Below are positions 1-8,143 of a stretch of 23,823 bases of DNA, piece by piece. The notes below the pieces were generated by a model. It did not search any database. It saw only the letters and a list, made by a program, of their open reading frames with translations, and had not been told where the DNA came from. Source of the DNA: an uncultured Pseudomonadota bacterium (lineage in GTDB: Bacteria; SAR324; NAC60-12). The stretch's first letter is position 1. Each line of letters opens with the position of its first letter. A program made the position numbers and the translations under genes. The DNA lies in NCBI GenBank assembly GCA_913020725.1, contig CAJWCD010000044.1, positions 1 to 23,823 on the forward strand, read 5' to 3'.

Positions 1-2
1 CC

Positions 3-215
3 CCGACCCTCTTCGTCTCACACGAGAACGGTCCCTACAACCCGATCGCCGACGCCGCGAGCCGCACCAAGACGGCGGAGCTCAACGCGCTCATGCAGCA
101 CATGGGGCTCAAGGCGCAGATGGTGAACGTCACGCCGCAGATGGAGAAGATCATGAGCGACACGGTTGCCATGTGGCGCTCGATGGGCGCCCCCGCGCGC
201 GCCGAGGCGGCGGTG
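3..215 (+). CDS. Partial unidentified coding fragment, open from the window edge, probably of foreign (possibly eukaryotic) origin
   Basis: Frame +3 reads PTLFVSHENGPYNPIADAASRTKTAELNALMQHMGLKAQMVNVTPQMEKIMSDTVAMWRSMGAP with most codons ending in G/C. The frame formally continues to a stop at 389, but that part is antisense to the EGF/GPS frame. No family recognised; 3' end approximate. Confidence 0.3.
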
Positions 216-223
216 GGTGTGCT

Positions 224-763
224 TCACGCGTTTGCCGACGCCGCCGCGGCCTTCGTTGGTGGAGAGGTTGGTGCAGAGGTGTCTGTGCGCTGTGCGAGCA
301 GCTTGTGCCAGAGTGGCATGAAGCCCACCTGCAGCGCCCGCTCATCGCGGCGGTGCATGGCGAGGAGCGCGGCAAGCATCGCCAGATAGACGGCGACAAC
401 GAGCGACCAGCCGGCGGCGCCGAGGCTGCGCAACACGTCAGCCAGCTCGGACCACGAGGCGAAGGGCGTCGTGAGCTTGAGGTCACTCAGATCGAACGAG
501 AGCGTGCTGCTGCTGCCCTCGAGGAGCGCCGTCTTGGCGAAGGTGGAGAAGGACGTGAGGTGCGTGCAGCCGCACGTGACGGAGCCGGCCGCGCCGTCCT
601 TGGGGGAAATCTCCGAGACGATCTCGCAGCCGTCGGTCGCCCACGCCCCTTGGTCCTCGGAGTAGTAACGGCACTCGAACTGTGCGTTGCACTCGGGGCC
701 GAGCCAGCCATCGTCACAGGCGCAGCTGCCGTCGTTACAGGCGCCGTGGCCAGAGCAGGGAGC
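224..763 (-). CDS. C-terminal fragment of a eukaryote-type membrane protein: EGF-like repeat + GPS/GAIN autoproteolysis motif + single TM helix (adhesion-GPCR/polycystin-1-like architecture)
   Basis: Manual translation upstream of the track ORF 224..436 (same frame, no stop until 827-829): [25 protein letters not shown] (EGF-like, 757-689), [47 protein letters not shown] (GPS, 673-548, H-L|T at 562-554), then hydrophobic [21 protein letters not shown] followed by HRR, TGA at 226-224. No ATG upstream of the domains. Confidence 0.8.
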   Translation of the reverse strand, partial: APCSGHGACNDGSCACDDGWLGPECNAQFECRYYSEDQGAWATDGCEIVSEISPKDGAAGSVTCGCTHLTSFSTFAKTALLEGSSSTLSFDLSDLKLTTPFASWSELADVLRSLGAAGWSLVVAVYLAMLAALLAMHRRDERALQVGFMPLWHKLLAQRTDTSAPTSPPTKAAAASANA

Positions 764-1544
764 CTCGATGGCCGCGCACGTGCGGGCGATGGTCGGCTTC
801 CAGGACGCCGGCGCCGAGGTCTTCGACTACGGCAACTCGATCCGCGACGAGGCCCGCAAAGCCGGCTACGACCGCGCCCTCGAGTTCCCGGGCTTCGTCC
901 CGGCCTACATCCGCCCGCTGTTCTGCCGCGGGATCGGCCCGTTCCGCTGGGCCGCGCTGTCGGGCGATCCGGAAGACATCTACAAGACCGACGCCAAGGT
1001 GAAGGAACTGCTGCCCGACAACCATGCCTTGCACAACTGGCTCGACATGGCCCGCGAGCGTATTTCCTTCCAAGGTCTGCCCGCACGGATCTGCTGGGTG
1101 GGTCTGGGTGTGCGCCACAAGCTCGGTCTCGCCTTCAACGAGATGGTCCGCACTGGCGAGCTAAGCGCGCCCATCGTGATCGGGCGCGACCACCTCGACA
1201 GCGGCTCCGTCGCCTCGCCCAACCGCGAGACGGAGGCGATGAAAGACGGCTCCGATGCTGTTTCGGATTGGCCTTTGTTGAATGCGCTGCTCAACTGCGC
1301 GTCCGGAGCCACTTGGGTCAGCTTCCACCACGGGGGCGGTGTGGGCATCGGCTTCAGTCAGCACGCCGGGTTGGTGATCTGCTGCGATGGCACTCCGGAG
1401 GCCACCAAGCGCATCGAGCGTGTGCTGTGGAACGATCCCGCGACCAGTGTGATGCGTCATGCCGATGCGGGTTACGACATCGCCCTTGACTGTGCCCGTG
1501 AACAAGGTTTAAACCTTCCGGGCATTCTTGGCAACGAACCCTAA
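762..1544 (+). CDS. hutU: Urocanate hydratase (urocanase), C-terminal ~260 aa only; 5' half missing
   Basis: Motifs [19 protein letters not shown], urocanase signature [44 protein letters not shown]. Similarity starts at ASMAAHV (762); track residues 687-761 are antisense of the EGF region. Full-length HutU is about 550 aa. Confidence 0.93.
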   Translation, partial: ASMAAHVRAMVGFQDAGAEVFDYGNSIRDEARKAGYDRALEFPGFVPAYIRPLFCRGIGPFRWAALSGDPEDIYKTDAKVKELLPDNHALHNWLDMARERISFQGLPARICWVGLGVRHKLGLAFNEMVRTGELSAPIVIGRDHLDSGSVASPNRETEAMKDGSDAVSDWPLLNALLNCASGATWVSFHHGGGVGIGFSQHAGLVICCDGTPEATKRIERVLWNDPATSVMRHADAGYDIALDCAREQGLNLPGILGNEP

Positions 1545-1654
1545 ACCAAAGGAGGCACCAACTCATAAACCCAGACCCCTTAGATTTGAAGACTTGACTG
1601 CGCTAACAGCCAATTCTTTTCTTTATTTATCCTATTCAAAATTGGAGACGATCA

Positions 1655-2797
1655 ATGAAACTCAAACAAACCCTTTCCTTCATCACAGCTTTGACTCTGA
1701 CCGTCGGAGTTGCCTGGGCCGATACCGTAAAAATCGGCTTCAACGTACCCCTGACCGGCTTTGCCGCTGCCGATGGGGAATCCGCCCTGACCGGAGCAAA
1801 ACTGGCCGTGAAGCAAGCCAACGCCGCAGGCGGCATCAATGGCAAGCAGATCGAACTAGTGGTTTATGACGACCAAGCCTCTCCCAAAGAAGCGCTCCCA
1901 ATCGCTAACCGTCTCATCGAGAAGGACGGGGTGAAAGTCGCTGTTTCCGGCAGCTACTCCGGTTCCACTCGTGCAGCCGCAGGTGTGTTCCAAGCCGCAA
2001 ACATCCCCTACATTTCGGCCTACGCCGTCCACCCGGACATCACTCGCAGTGGAAAGTACGTGTTCCGCACCTCCTTCATGGGAGAAGTTCAGGGACGCGC
2101 CGGAGCCTTGTTGATTGGGCAAACCATGCAACACAAGCGCGTGGTTATGATCACGCTCAAAAACGATTTCGGGAAGTCACTGGCGGCAGGTTTTAAGGCC
2201 GAGGCTGCAAATTACGGAATCGAGATCATCAACGAGTACGAGTACTCGATCCGTGATCGGCAGTTCGGTTCGATTGTTGCCAAGGTTCGCTCTGATCAAC
2301 CGGACGCCATTTATGCTTCCGGTTACTTCTTCACCGCCGGCCCCTTGGTCAGACAGCTTCGCTCCGGAGGTGTGGCCGCCCCAGTGATTGGGCAGGAAGG
2401 CTATGATGGCGAGCAGTTCATCAAAATTGCCGGCCCTGCCGCCGAAGGGGTGCTGATCACCACCTCCCTTGATCGTGATTCCACCGATTCCGAAGCACGC
2501 GCCTTCATCACAGAGTACGAGAAATTCTCCGGAAACAAGGTGGACATGGTTTCGGCTTCCACCCACACCGCCATCAATGTCGTGGTTGCTGCACTGCGCA
2601 TGGCCGGAACCAGCAACCCGGATGCAATCCGCGATGCTATCTCCAAGACCAGCCTCAAGGCCGCTACGGGGCATATTTCCTTCAATCAACTTGGAGAAGT
2701 TCGCAAGAACGTTCAGGTCCAGATTGTGCGAGGGGGCGACTGGCACTACCACTCTGAAATCAGGGATCGAGTCCTGTTGGCTCCCCCCGAGTCCTGA
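1655..2797 (+). CDS. ABC transporter substrate-binding protein, branched-chain amino acid (LivJ/LivK, HAAT) family
   Basis: Signal peptide (MKLKQTLSFITALTLTVGVAWA), KIGFNVPLTG, NAAGGINGKQIELVVYDD, NDFG motifs; GGAG upstream; first of a 5-gene ABC cluster. Confidence 0.9.
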   Translation: MKLKQTLSFITALTLTVGVAWADTVKIGFNVPLTGFAAADGESALTGAKLAVKQANAAGGINGKQIELVVYDDQASPKEALPIANRLIEKDGVKVAVSGSYSGSTRAAAGVFQAANIPYISAYAVHPDITRSGKYVFRTSFMGEVQGRAGALLIGQTMQHKRVVMITLKNDFGKSLAAGFKAEAANYGIEIINEYEYSIRDRQFGSIVAKVRSDQPDAIYASGYFFTAGPLVRQLRSGGVAAPVIGQEGYDGEQFIKIAGPAAEGVLITTSLDRDSTDSEARAFITEYEKFSGNKVDMVSASTHTAINVVVAALRMAGTSNPDAIRDAISKTSLKAATGHISFNQLGEVRKNVQVQIVRGGDWHYHSEIRDRVLLAPPES

Positions 2798-2812
2798 TTC
2801 CTGAGCAATCGT

Positions 2813-2849
2813 AGGGGAGCAAGGCATTGGTTTGCGACGCTCCCCTTTC
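2813..2849 (+). terminator. Intergenic stem-loop after the SBP gene (mRNA-stabilising or partial terminator)
   Basis: AGGGGAGC (2813-2820) / GCTCCCCT (2839-2846) perfect 8-bp inverted repeat followed by a pyrimidine tract. Confidence 0.45.
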
Positions 2850-2871
2850 CCCATCCTTCTTTCTCTGAAAA

Positions 2872-3732
2872 ATGCTTTACGTTGAACTGTTCCTTCAGGG
2901 GATTCTGCAAGGCAGCATCTACGCCCTGATCGCAGTAGGGCTGACGCTCGTTTACGGGCTGTTGCGAATCCTGCACGTTGCCCATGCTGGACTCTATACG
3001 CTGGGGGGCTACTTCAGTATTCTTGTCATCAACAACACAGGGAGTTTGGCACTTGGAGCCTTAGTTGCCATGCTCGGCGTGGGATTGTTGGGGGTCGTGC
3101 TGTATCGGTTCTGCTACGAACCGATTTTGGATCAGCCCCCCTTCGTGCCCTTGATCGCATCCATTGGCCTGTTCATCGCGATGGAGGAGTTGTATCGCAT
3201 TCTGTTCGGTTCGTATGGGGTGACCTACACCGACCCACCTCTCCAACAAATGCTGCCCTTGGGCGGACTCTATTTGCGTCAAGCAGAGTGGGTGACCATG
3301 CTCGTCAGTGTAGCTCTGATCGGCGGACTCGCCTGGCTGTCGAGCAAAACCCGTCTGGGGCTTGCATGGCGAGCAACAGTGACCGACCCCCAAATGGCTG
3401 AATCCTTCGGAATCGATCCAATTCGGGTGCGACACCTCAACTTTTTCATCGGGTCGGCACTTGCGGGCGCGGCTGGCATGATCGTGGGGATTCTCAACAA
3501 CCTCGTGGAGCCAACCATGGGGAGCGTCCCAAGTTACAAAGCCCTCGCGATTATCGTGCTGGGTGGTTTGGGCAGCGTCCGGGGAACCTTAGTTGCTGCA
3601 TTAGCTCTTGGAGTGGTGGAGTCGTATGGAACGATCTACCTTGGCCATGTGCTGAACCGTGACGCGATCGCTTTTGTCTTTTTGATCCTTGTGCTGATGG
3701 TGCGTCCGCAAGGCATGTTTCGGGGAGTGTGA
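2872..3732 (+). CDS. livH: Branched-chain amino acid ABC transporter permease (LivH-like)
   Basis: GSIYALIAVGLTLVYG, AHAG, IIVLGGLGS, VRPQGMF motifs; polytopic membrane protein. Confidence 0.88.
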   Translation: MLYVELFLQGILQGSIYALIAVGLTLVYGLLRILHVAHAGLYTLGGYFSILVINNTGSLALGALVAMLGVGLLGVVLYRFCYEPILDQPPFVPLIASIGLFIAMEELYRILFGSYGVTYTDPPLQQMLPLGGLYLRQAEWVTMLVSVALIGGLAWLSSKTRLGLAWRATVTDPQMAESFGIDPIRVRHLNFFIGSALAGAAGMIVGILNNLVEPTMGSVPSYKALAIIVLGGLGSVRGTLVAALALGVVESYGTIYLGHVLNRDAIAFVFLILVLMVRPQGMFRGV

Positions 3733-3733
3733 A

Positions 3734-4609
3734 ATGGGTTACGAAATCAGTCTGCTCACCATCATGGGAATCAGCATCATCGGCAGTTTGAGCCTCAATC
3801 TGATCACAGGGTTCTGCGGACAGGTGAGCTTGGGGCACGTTGCCTTTGTTGGCATTGGCGCCTACACGGCAAGCCTCTTGACCAAAGCGGGAACTCCCTT
3901 TTTTGCCGCCTTAGTCGCTGGAATGCTCCTCGCAGGTGTTTTTGGAATTATTGTTGGATTGGCCAGTCTGCGGGTTCGACACGATTTTTTGGCCATCACC
4001 ACCATGGGTGTGAACTTCGTCTTCCTGGGTGTGGTGCGGCAACAGGAATGGCTGGGTGGCGAATTGGGAGTGTCCTCAATCCCTGATCCGGGATTCGGAA
4101 AGCTGGGCTTTCTTGTGGTTGTGTTTGGAGGTGTGGTGCTTGTTGTCCTACTGAGTGTCCAAATCCGACGATCCTGGATGGGGTATGCCTTTGAAGCAAT
4201 CGCCGGAGATGAGGACACGGCACGTATGCTGGGCTTGGACGTTTCCCGCTACAAGCTCATCGCCTTCGCCCTTGGCACCGCTTTGGCCGGACTCGCAGGC
4301 GGACTCTACGCGCACCATGTTCGCTTCATCTATCCAGACAGCTTTGCCTTTGTTGAATCAATCACCTTGCTGGCGATGGTAGTGGTTGGCGGAAATGGCT
4401 CGATCTGGGGGGTGATGCTGGCCTCGGCCCTGCTCAGTGTCCTACCCCAATGGTTCCAGTTCATTGATGACTATAAACTGCTGCTCTATGGCAGTTTGTT
4501 GTTTGTGGTTATGCGTTTCAGTCCGGGCGGTTTGGCAGGACTCCTTCAACAATGCTTCCCCAAGGCTCAAAATTACTTGCCGCAAAGGAGGGAGGATGAG
4601 CCTACTTGA
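3734..4609 (+). CDS. livM: Branched-chain amino acid ABC transporter permease (LivM-like)
   Basis: SLNLITGFCGQVSLGHVAFVGIGAY, LRVRHDFLAITT, MVVVGGNGS, PGGL motifs; starts 1 nt after the livH stop. Confidence 0.88.
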   Translation: MGYEISLLTIMGISIIGSLSLNLITGFCGQVSLGHVAFVGIGAYTASLLTKAGTPFFAALVAGMLLAGVFGIIVGLASLRVRHDFLAITTMGVNFVFLGVVRQQEWLGGELGVSSIPDPGFGKLGFLVVVFGGVVLVVLLSVQIRRSWMGYAFEAIAGDEDTARMLGLDVSRYKLIAFALGTALAGLAGGLYAHHVRFIYPDSFAFVESITLLAMVVVGGNGSIWGVMLASALLSVLPQWFQFIDDYKLLLYGSLLFVVMRFSPGGLAGLLQQCFPKAQNYLPQRREDEPT

Positions 4610-5357
4610 CATCAGGGGAGTCTCAGTCCACTTCGGCGGAGTTCACGCGCTGGAGCAGGTTTCCCTCAACCTGAATGATGGCGAACTGCTTGGGTTAATT
4701 GGCCCAAACGGCGCGGGGAAAACCACAATGCTCCGAGTGATCACCGGAGTGGTGCGGGCAAGCAGGGGCACCGTCCAGCTGGAAGGCAAACTGCTTAATG
4801 CTCTGCCCACCCACCTCCGGGTTCGCAAGGGGTTGGGGTTTGCACAGCAGCTTGTGCGTCCTTTCCAAGAAATGACCCTTGTTGAAAACGTCGCGTTTGC
4901 CGTCGGCTCAGAGCATACACGGCACCCTTGGCGATCCCTGTTACGAGTTGAACGCAAAGCCGCACTGAGAGAGGGGCGGGAATGGCTGGCCAAGGTGGGA
5001 ATCGACGGGGCAGCGGATTCCCTTCCGACAGCGGTTCCGTTGGGCTTCCTCAAGCGACTGGAAGTCGCCCGTGCTTTGGCAATACGACCCCGGATGCTGC
5101 TGCTGGATGAACCCCTTGCGGGGCTGAATCAGGCCGAAGCAACAGCCTTTGCTGATATCCTCGTGGAACTTAACCACCAAGGGCAGACGATTTTGCTCAT
5201 CGAACACAATCTCGCTGAGGTGCGGCGGATTTGTTCCCGGTTGGTGGTGTTGGACAACGGGCGGAAACTGGACGAAGGATCCCCCGAAGTTGTTTTGACC
5301 AACCCCGCTGTTCAAGAAGCTTACATCGGCCAAGGGACTGTCTATGCTGACAATTGA
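4596..5357 (+). CDS. livG: ABC transporter ATP-binding protein (LivG-like)
   Basis: Start reassigned to ATG 4596 (MSLLDIRGVSVHFGGVHAL) preceded by GGAGG; Walker A GPNGAGKT, LLLDEPLAG, IEH, VQEAYIG. Confidence 0.88.
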   Translation: MSLLDIRGVSVHFGGVHALEQVSLNLNDGELLGLIGPNGAGKTTMLRVITGVVRASRGTVQLEGKLLNALPTHLRVRKGLGFAQQLVRPFQEMTLVENVAFAVGSEHTRHPWRSLLRVERKAALREGREWLAKVGIDGAADSLPTAVPLGFLKRLEVARALAIRPRMLLLDEPLAGLNQAEATAFADILVELNHQGQTILLIEHNLAEVRRICSRLVVLDNGRKLDEGSPEVVLTNPAVQEAYIGQGTVYADN

Positions 5358-6051
5358 GAAACTATCCTGTGGCTATGGGCCACTCACGGTGGTGCATGAA
5401 ATAGATATGATCGTAAAAGAGGGTACTATTCACGCCCTCATTGGAGCAAATGGAGCAGGAAAAACCACAGCCTTGATGACGATTGCGGGGCATGTGGAGG
5501 TCAAATCCGGGAGTATCCGGATGGGAGTCGAGCGGCTGGATCAGGTACCCACGAAAGAGCGAGTGCAACGTGGGGTTGCGCTAGTACCGGAGGGCCGCCG
5601 CTTGTTCCCAGATTTGACGGTGCGGGAAAATCTGGAGGTTGGCGGTTACTCACGACCTAAAGCTCGAATACCACAAAACCTCGACCGTGTGTTATCCCTG
5701 TTTCCACGACTGGCGGAGCGACTGGGTCAGCAGTCCGGATCCCTGTCGGGGGGCGAACAGCAAATGTTGGCCATTGGTCGGGGGTTGATGGCCGAGCCCA
5801 AGCTATTGCTGCTCGATGAACTCTCGCTCGGACTCATGCCTCGGATGGTCGAAGATTGCTACGCTGCACTTCAGCAACTCCGTAGCGAAGGCATGACCCT
5901 GTTGCTGGTGGAACAAAACACCCGTCAGGCACTCGCCGTGGCCGATGAGGTTTGTGTGTTGGAATCTGGAAGTGTGGCGTGGCGTGGCACCGCCGAGCAG
6001 GCCCGTCAAGACACCGGAATTATCGAAGCCTATATCGGCTTGCGGCGTTGA
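5344..6051 (+). CDS. livF: ABC transporter ATP-binding protein (LivF-like)
   Basis: Walker A GANGAGKT, VPEGRRLF, signature LSGGEQQMLAIGR, LLLDELSLGL, VEQN. Confidence 0.9.
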   Translation: MLTIEKLSCGYGPLTVVHEIDMIVKEGTIHALIGANGAGKTTALMTIAGHVEVKSGSIRMGVERLDQVPTKERVQRGVALVPEGRRLFPDLTVRENLEVGGYSRPKARIPQNLDRVLSLFPRLAERLGQQSGSLSGGEQQMLAIGRGLMAEPKLLLLDELSLGLMPRMVEDCYAALQQLRSEGMTLLLVEQNTRQALAVADEVCVLESGSVAWRGTAEQARQDTGIIEAYIGLRR

Positions 6052-6184
6052 CCAAGATCTGCTCAGGATGTCTTTTCAAAACTGGATTATTTCAGGAAGG
6101 ATGATGGAATTTGAGTAGCCAGCAGTTCTCGGTCTTTCGAGTTCGACAACCTAAACTCAGACTTGCTGAAAAAGTTTCAGAATT

Positions 6185-6388
6185 CAAGAAAAGCTCCGGA
6201 AAACCTCCGTGAACTCACAGGTTGGTCTGCTGCTGGGCTCCGACTTCCAGCAGATTGAACGGTGCCAGTTCCAAGTAGGCTACTCGACCTGCCAAGGATT
6301 CCGAGGTCTGCTGTAGTAACGCATTTGTAGCGGAACCCAGCAACAGAAAACGTCCGGTGCGCTGACCCTCACACCGATCACGATCAAT
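6185..6388 (-). pseudogene. Internal fragment of an AAA+ ATPase (AAA_14/DUF4143-associated family) with an in-frame stop
   Basis: IDRDR...GRFLLLGSATNALLQQTSESLAGRVAYLELAPFNLLEV...NL*VHGGFPELFL matches the family motifs F-L-L-L-G-S, ESLAGR and LW-x-RGGFP, with TGA (6217-6215) at the Trp position. Walker A/B and the C-terminal domain are absent. Confidence 0.72.
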
Positions 6389-6392
6389 CCAT

Positions 6393-6427
6393 CTTGCAAA
6401 TTTACTGGGGTATCGTAAATTTGCGAG
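6393..6427. promoter_or_regulatory. 13-bp inverted repeat (operator-like) at the 5' break of the ATPase remnant
   Basis: CTTGCAAATTTAC (6393-6405), 9-nt spacer, GTAAATTTGCGAG (6415-6427), 12/13 match; a minus-strand ATG (6392-6390) follows immediately. Confidence 0.45.
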
Positions 6428-6636
6428 GAAAAAATCTAAAGAAGACACCTGCCGGGAACCGAATTCGGTGAGCACAGCCTTCTGGCCTATCCACGCTCCT
6501 GTGCCCAATCCGGCAGAATTGGAAACTCCGTTCTCTCTCATCCTCTGCTTGACGTCTGCGTCGGCAAATGCCAGATTGATGACCTGTTCTGCTGGTTCAT
6601 CCGACGTCATCACTTGCCTTCATCTTCACCCTTTCC

Positions 6637-7440
6637 ATGAAAAAAATCTGCTGGGGAACGGGCCTCTTAATGTGGCTGTTCACCTCGTTCGTGCAGGCGG
6701 CTCCACTGCGTTTGGCGACGACCACCAGCACCGACAATTCGGGATTGATGCGGGAACTGCTCCCGTATTTTGAGGCTAAGACCGGCTACAAGGTTCATGT
6801 CATTGCGGTGGGCACCGGACAAGCCCTGCGCCTTGGACGGGACGGCAACGTGGATGTCGTGCTGGTGCATGCGCCCAAGGCCGAACTCCAGTTTGTCGAG
6901 GCAGGCTATGGGATTAACCGTCGCCAAGTGATGTCCAACGATTTCGTGTTCGTTGGCCCCAAGCACGATCCGGCAGGACTGCGGAGGCTCCGTGACTCCG
7001 TGCAGGCGTTGCAACGCATCGCAGCAACCCAAAGTCTCTTCATCTCTCGCGGTGATGATTCCGGAACCCACAAAAAAGAACGGTCGCTGTGGGAAAAACT
7101 CTCGCAGAAATCCGATCCTGCATGGTACCGCGAAGCGGGTCAAGGCATGGGTCGCACCCTGCAAATCGCAGGGGAATTGGACGCCTACACCCTCACGGAT
7201 CGTGGCACATGGCTGGTGTTCCGGAAGCGCTTGCCATTGGAATTGCTGGTGGAAGGCGATCCCCGCTTGCACAATCCTTACGGGATTATTGCCGTCAATC
7301 CCAAACGGCATCCGCATGTGAACCACCAAGGAGCGCTGGCCCTGATTGACTGGATCACTTCGGACGAGGGCAAGCACCTCATCCGGGAATTTAAACTGGA
7401 AGGGAGACCCCTGTTCGTTCCCATCGAGACCACGGACTGA
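6637..7440 (+). CDS. tupA: Tungstate ABC transporter substrate-binding protein
   Basis: Signal peptide; TupA signature LATTTS, VGTGQAL, HAP, SRGDDSGTH, YTLTDRGT, NPY. Confidence 0.9.
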   Translation: MKKICWGTGLLMWLFTSFVQAAPLRLATTTSTDNSGLMRELLPYFEAKTGYKVHVIAVGTGQALRLGRDGNVDVVLVHAPKAELQFVEAGYGINRRQVMSNDFVFVGPKHDPAGLRRLRDSVQALQRIAATQSLFISRGDDSGTHKKERSLWEKLSQKSDPAWYREAGQGMGRTLQIAGELDAYTLTDRGTWLVFRKRLPLELLVEGDPRLHNPYGIIAVNPKRHPHVNHQGALALIDWITSDEGKHLIREFKLEGRPLFVPIETTD

Positions 7441-7441
7441 A

Positions 7442-8143
7442 GTGGACGGACTGCTCGGCACCACCCAGCAAGCCCTTCAGTTGCTGCTGACTGGCAATCC
7501 GGAACTGTGGACTATTGTAGGAGTTTCCTTTTCTGTGTCCCTCAAGGCCATCATCTTCACCACCCCTGTTGCCTTGGTACTGGCGTTTGTGCTGGCCTAT
7601 CTGGACTTTCCGGGCAATCGACTGCTGCTCTCCGTGTTCAATTCTCTGCTGTCGGTGCCCACCGTTGTGGTCGGCCTGCTGCTCTACTTGCTGCTTTCCC
7701 GACAGGGACCGTTCGGTGATTTGAAGCTGCTGTTCACGCAAACCGCGATGGTGGTCGCGCAGATGATCCTGTGCTTCCCCATTCTGGTCGCTCTGGGACA
7801 TGCGGCCATGCAGGCGGCGGATCAGCGAGCGTGGGAAACCGCCCGGACGCTCGGTGCCCCACCTTGGTACGCCATGTTGACGGTGTTGTATGAGGTGCGC
7901 TTTGCCCTCATCACTGCCGTGCTCACGGGTTTCGGGCGCATCATCTCCGAAGTTGGTGCGTCCATGATGGTCGGCGGTAACATTATGGGCTTCACCCGCA
8001 ACATCACCACCGCCATTGCGCTGGAAACCAGCAAGGGTGAATTTGTCCAAGGGGTCGCCCTCGGGCTGGTTTTGCTGCTGCTCGCGTTCCTGCTCAATTT
8101 CCTGCTGGGTTACTTTCAGGGGAAGGGAAAGCTGATCGCATGA
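7442..8143 (+). CDS. tupB: Tungstate ABC transporter permease
   Basis: Probable GTG start at 7442, 1 nt after the tupA stop; PTVVVGL, LSRQGPFG, GFGRIISEVGASMMVGGNI, TTAIALETSKG. Confidence 0.88.
   Translation: MDGLLGTTQQALQLLLTGNPELWTIVGVSFSVSLKAIIFTTPVALVLAFVLAYLDFPGNRLLLSVFNSLLSVPTVVVGLLLYLLLSRQGPFGDLKLLFTQTAMVVAQMILCFPILVALGHAAMQAADQRAWETARTLGAPPWYAMLTVLYEVRFALITAVLTGFGRIISEVGASMMVGGNIMGFTRNITTAIALETSKGEFVQGVALGLVLLLLAFLLNFLLGYFQGKGKLIA

Noticed and set aside
687..761. N-terminal extension of the hutU ORF ([25 protein letters not shown])
   Set aside because: It is the antisense of the Cys-rich EGF codons, not urocanase sequence, so not a real start or fusion.
173..1489. 438-aa plus-strand ORF and other Arg/Pro-rich ORFs in 1-1500
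   Set aside because: Shadow frames of GC-rich DNA overlapping hutU and the EGF/GPS frame; the 438-aa ORF crosses the apparent junction and has no recognisable motif.
6215..6217. TGA read as Trp or selenocysteine (recoding)
   Set aside because: TGA is the normal stop of many intact genes here (e.g. SBP, livF, tupA, glnA, glnE), Trp is TGG throughout, and the surrounding gene is truncated at both ends.
6389..6613. N-terminal part of the 132-aa minus ORF 6215..6613 as a real protein
   Set aside because: Only codons below ~6388 resemble the ATPase family; the rest reads through the palindrome and the tupA upstream region.
6428..6636. Moco/Tuco riboswitch or ModE box upstream of tupA
   Set aside because: No recognisable Moco RNA consensus or ModE dyad; only weak stems such as TGATGAC/GTCATCA. 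An Rfam search would settle it.
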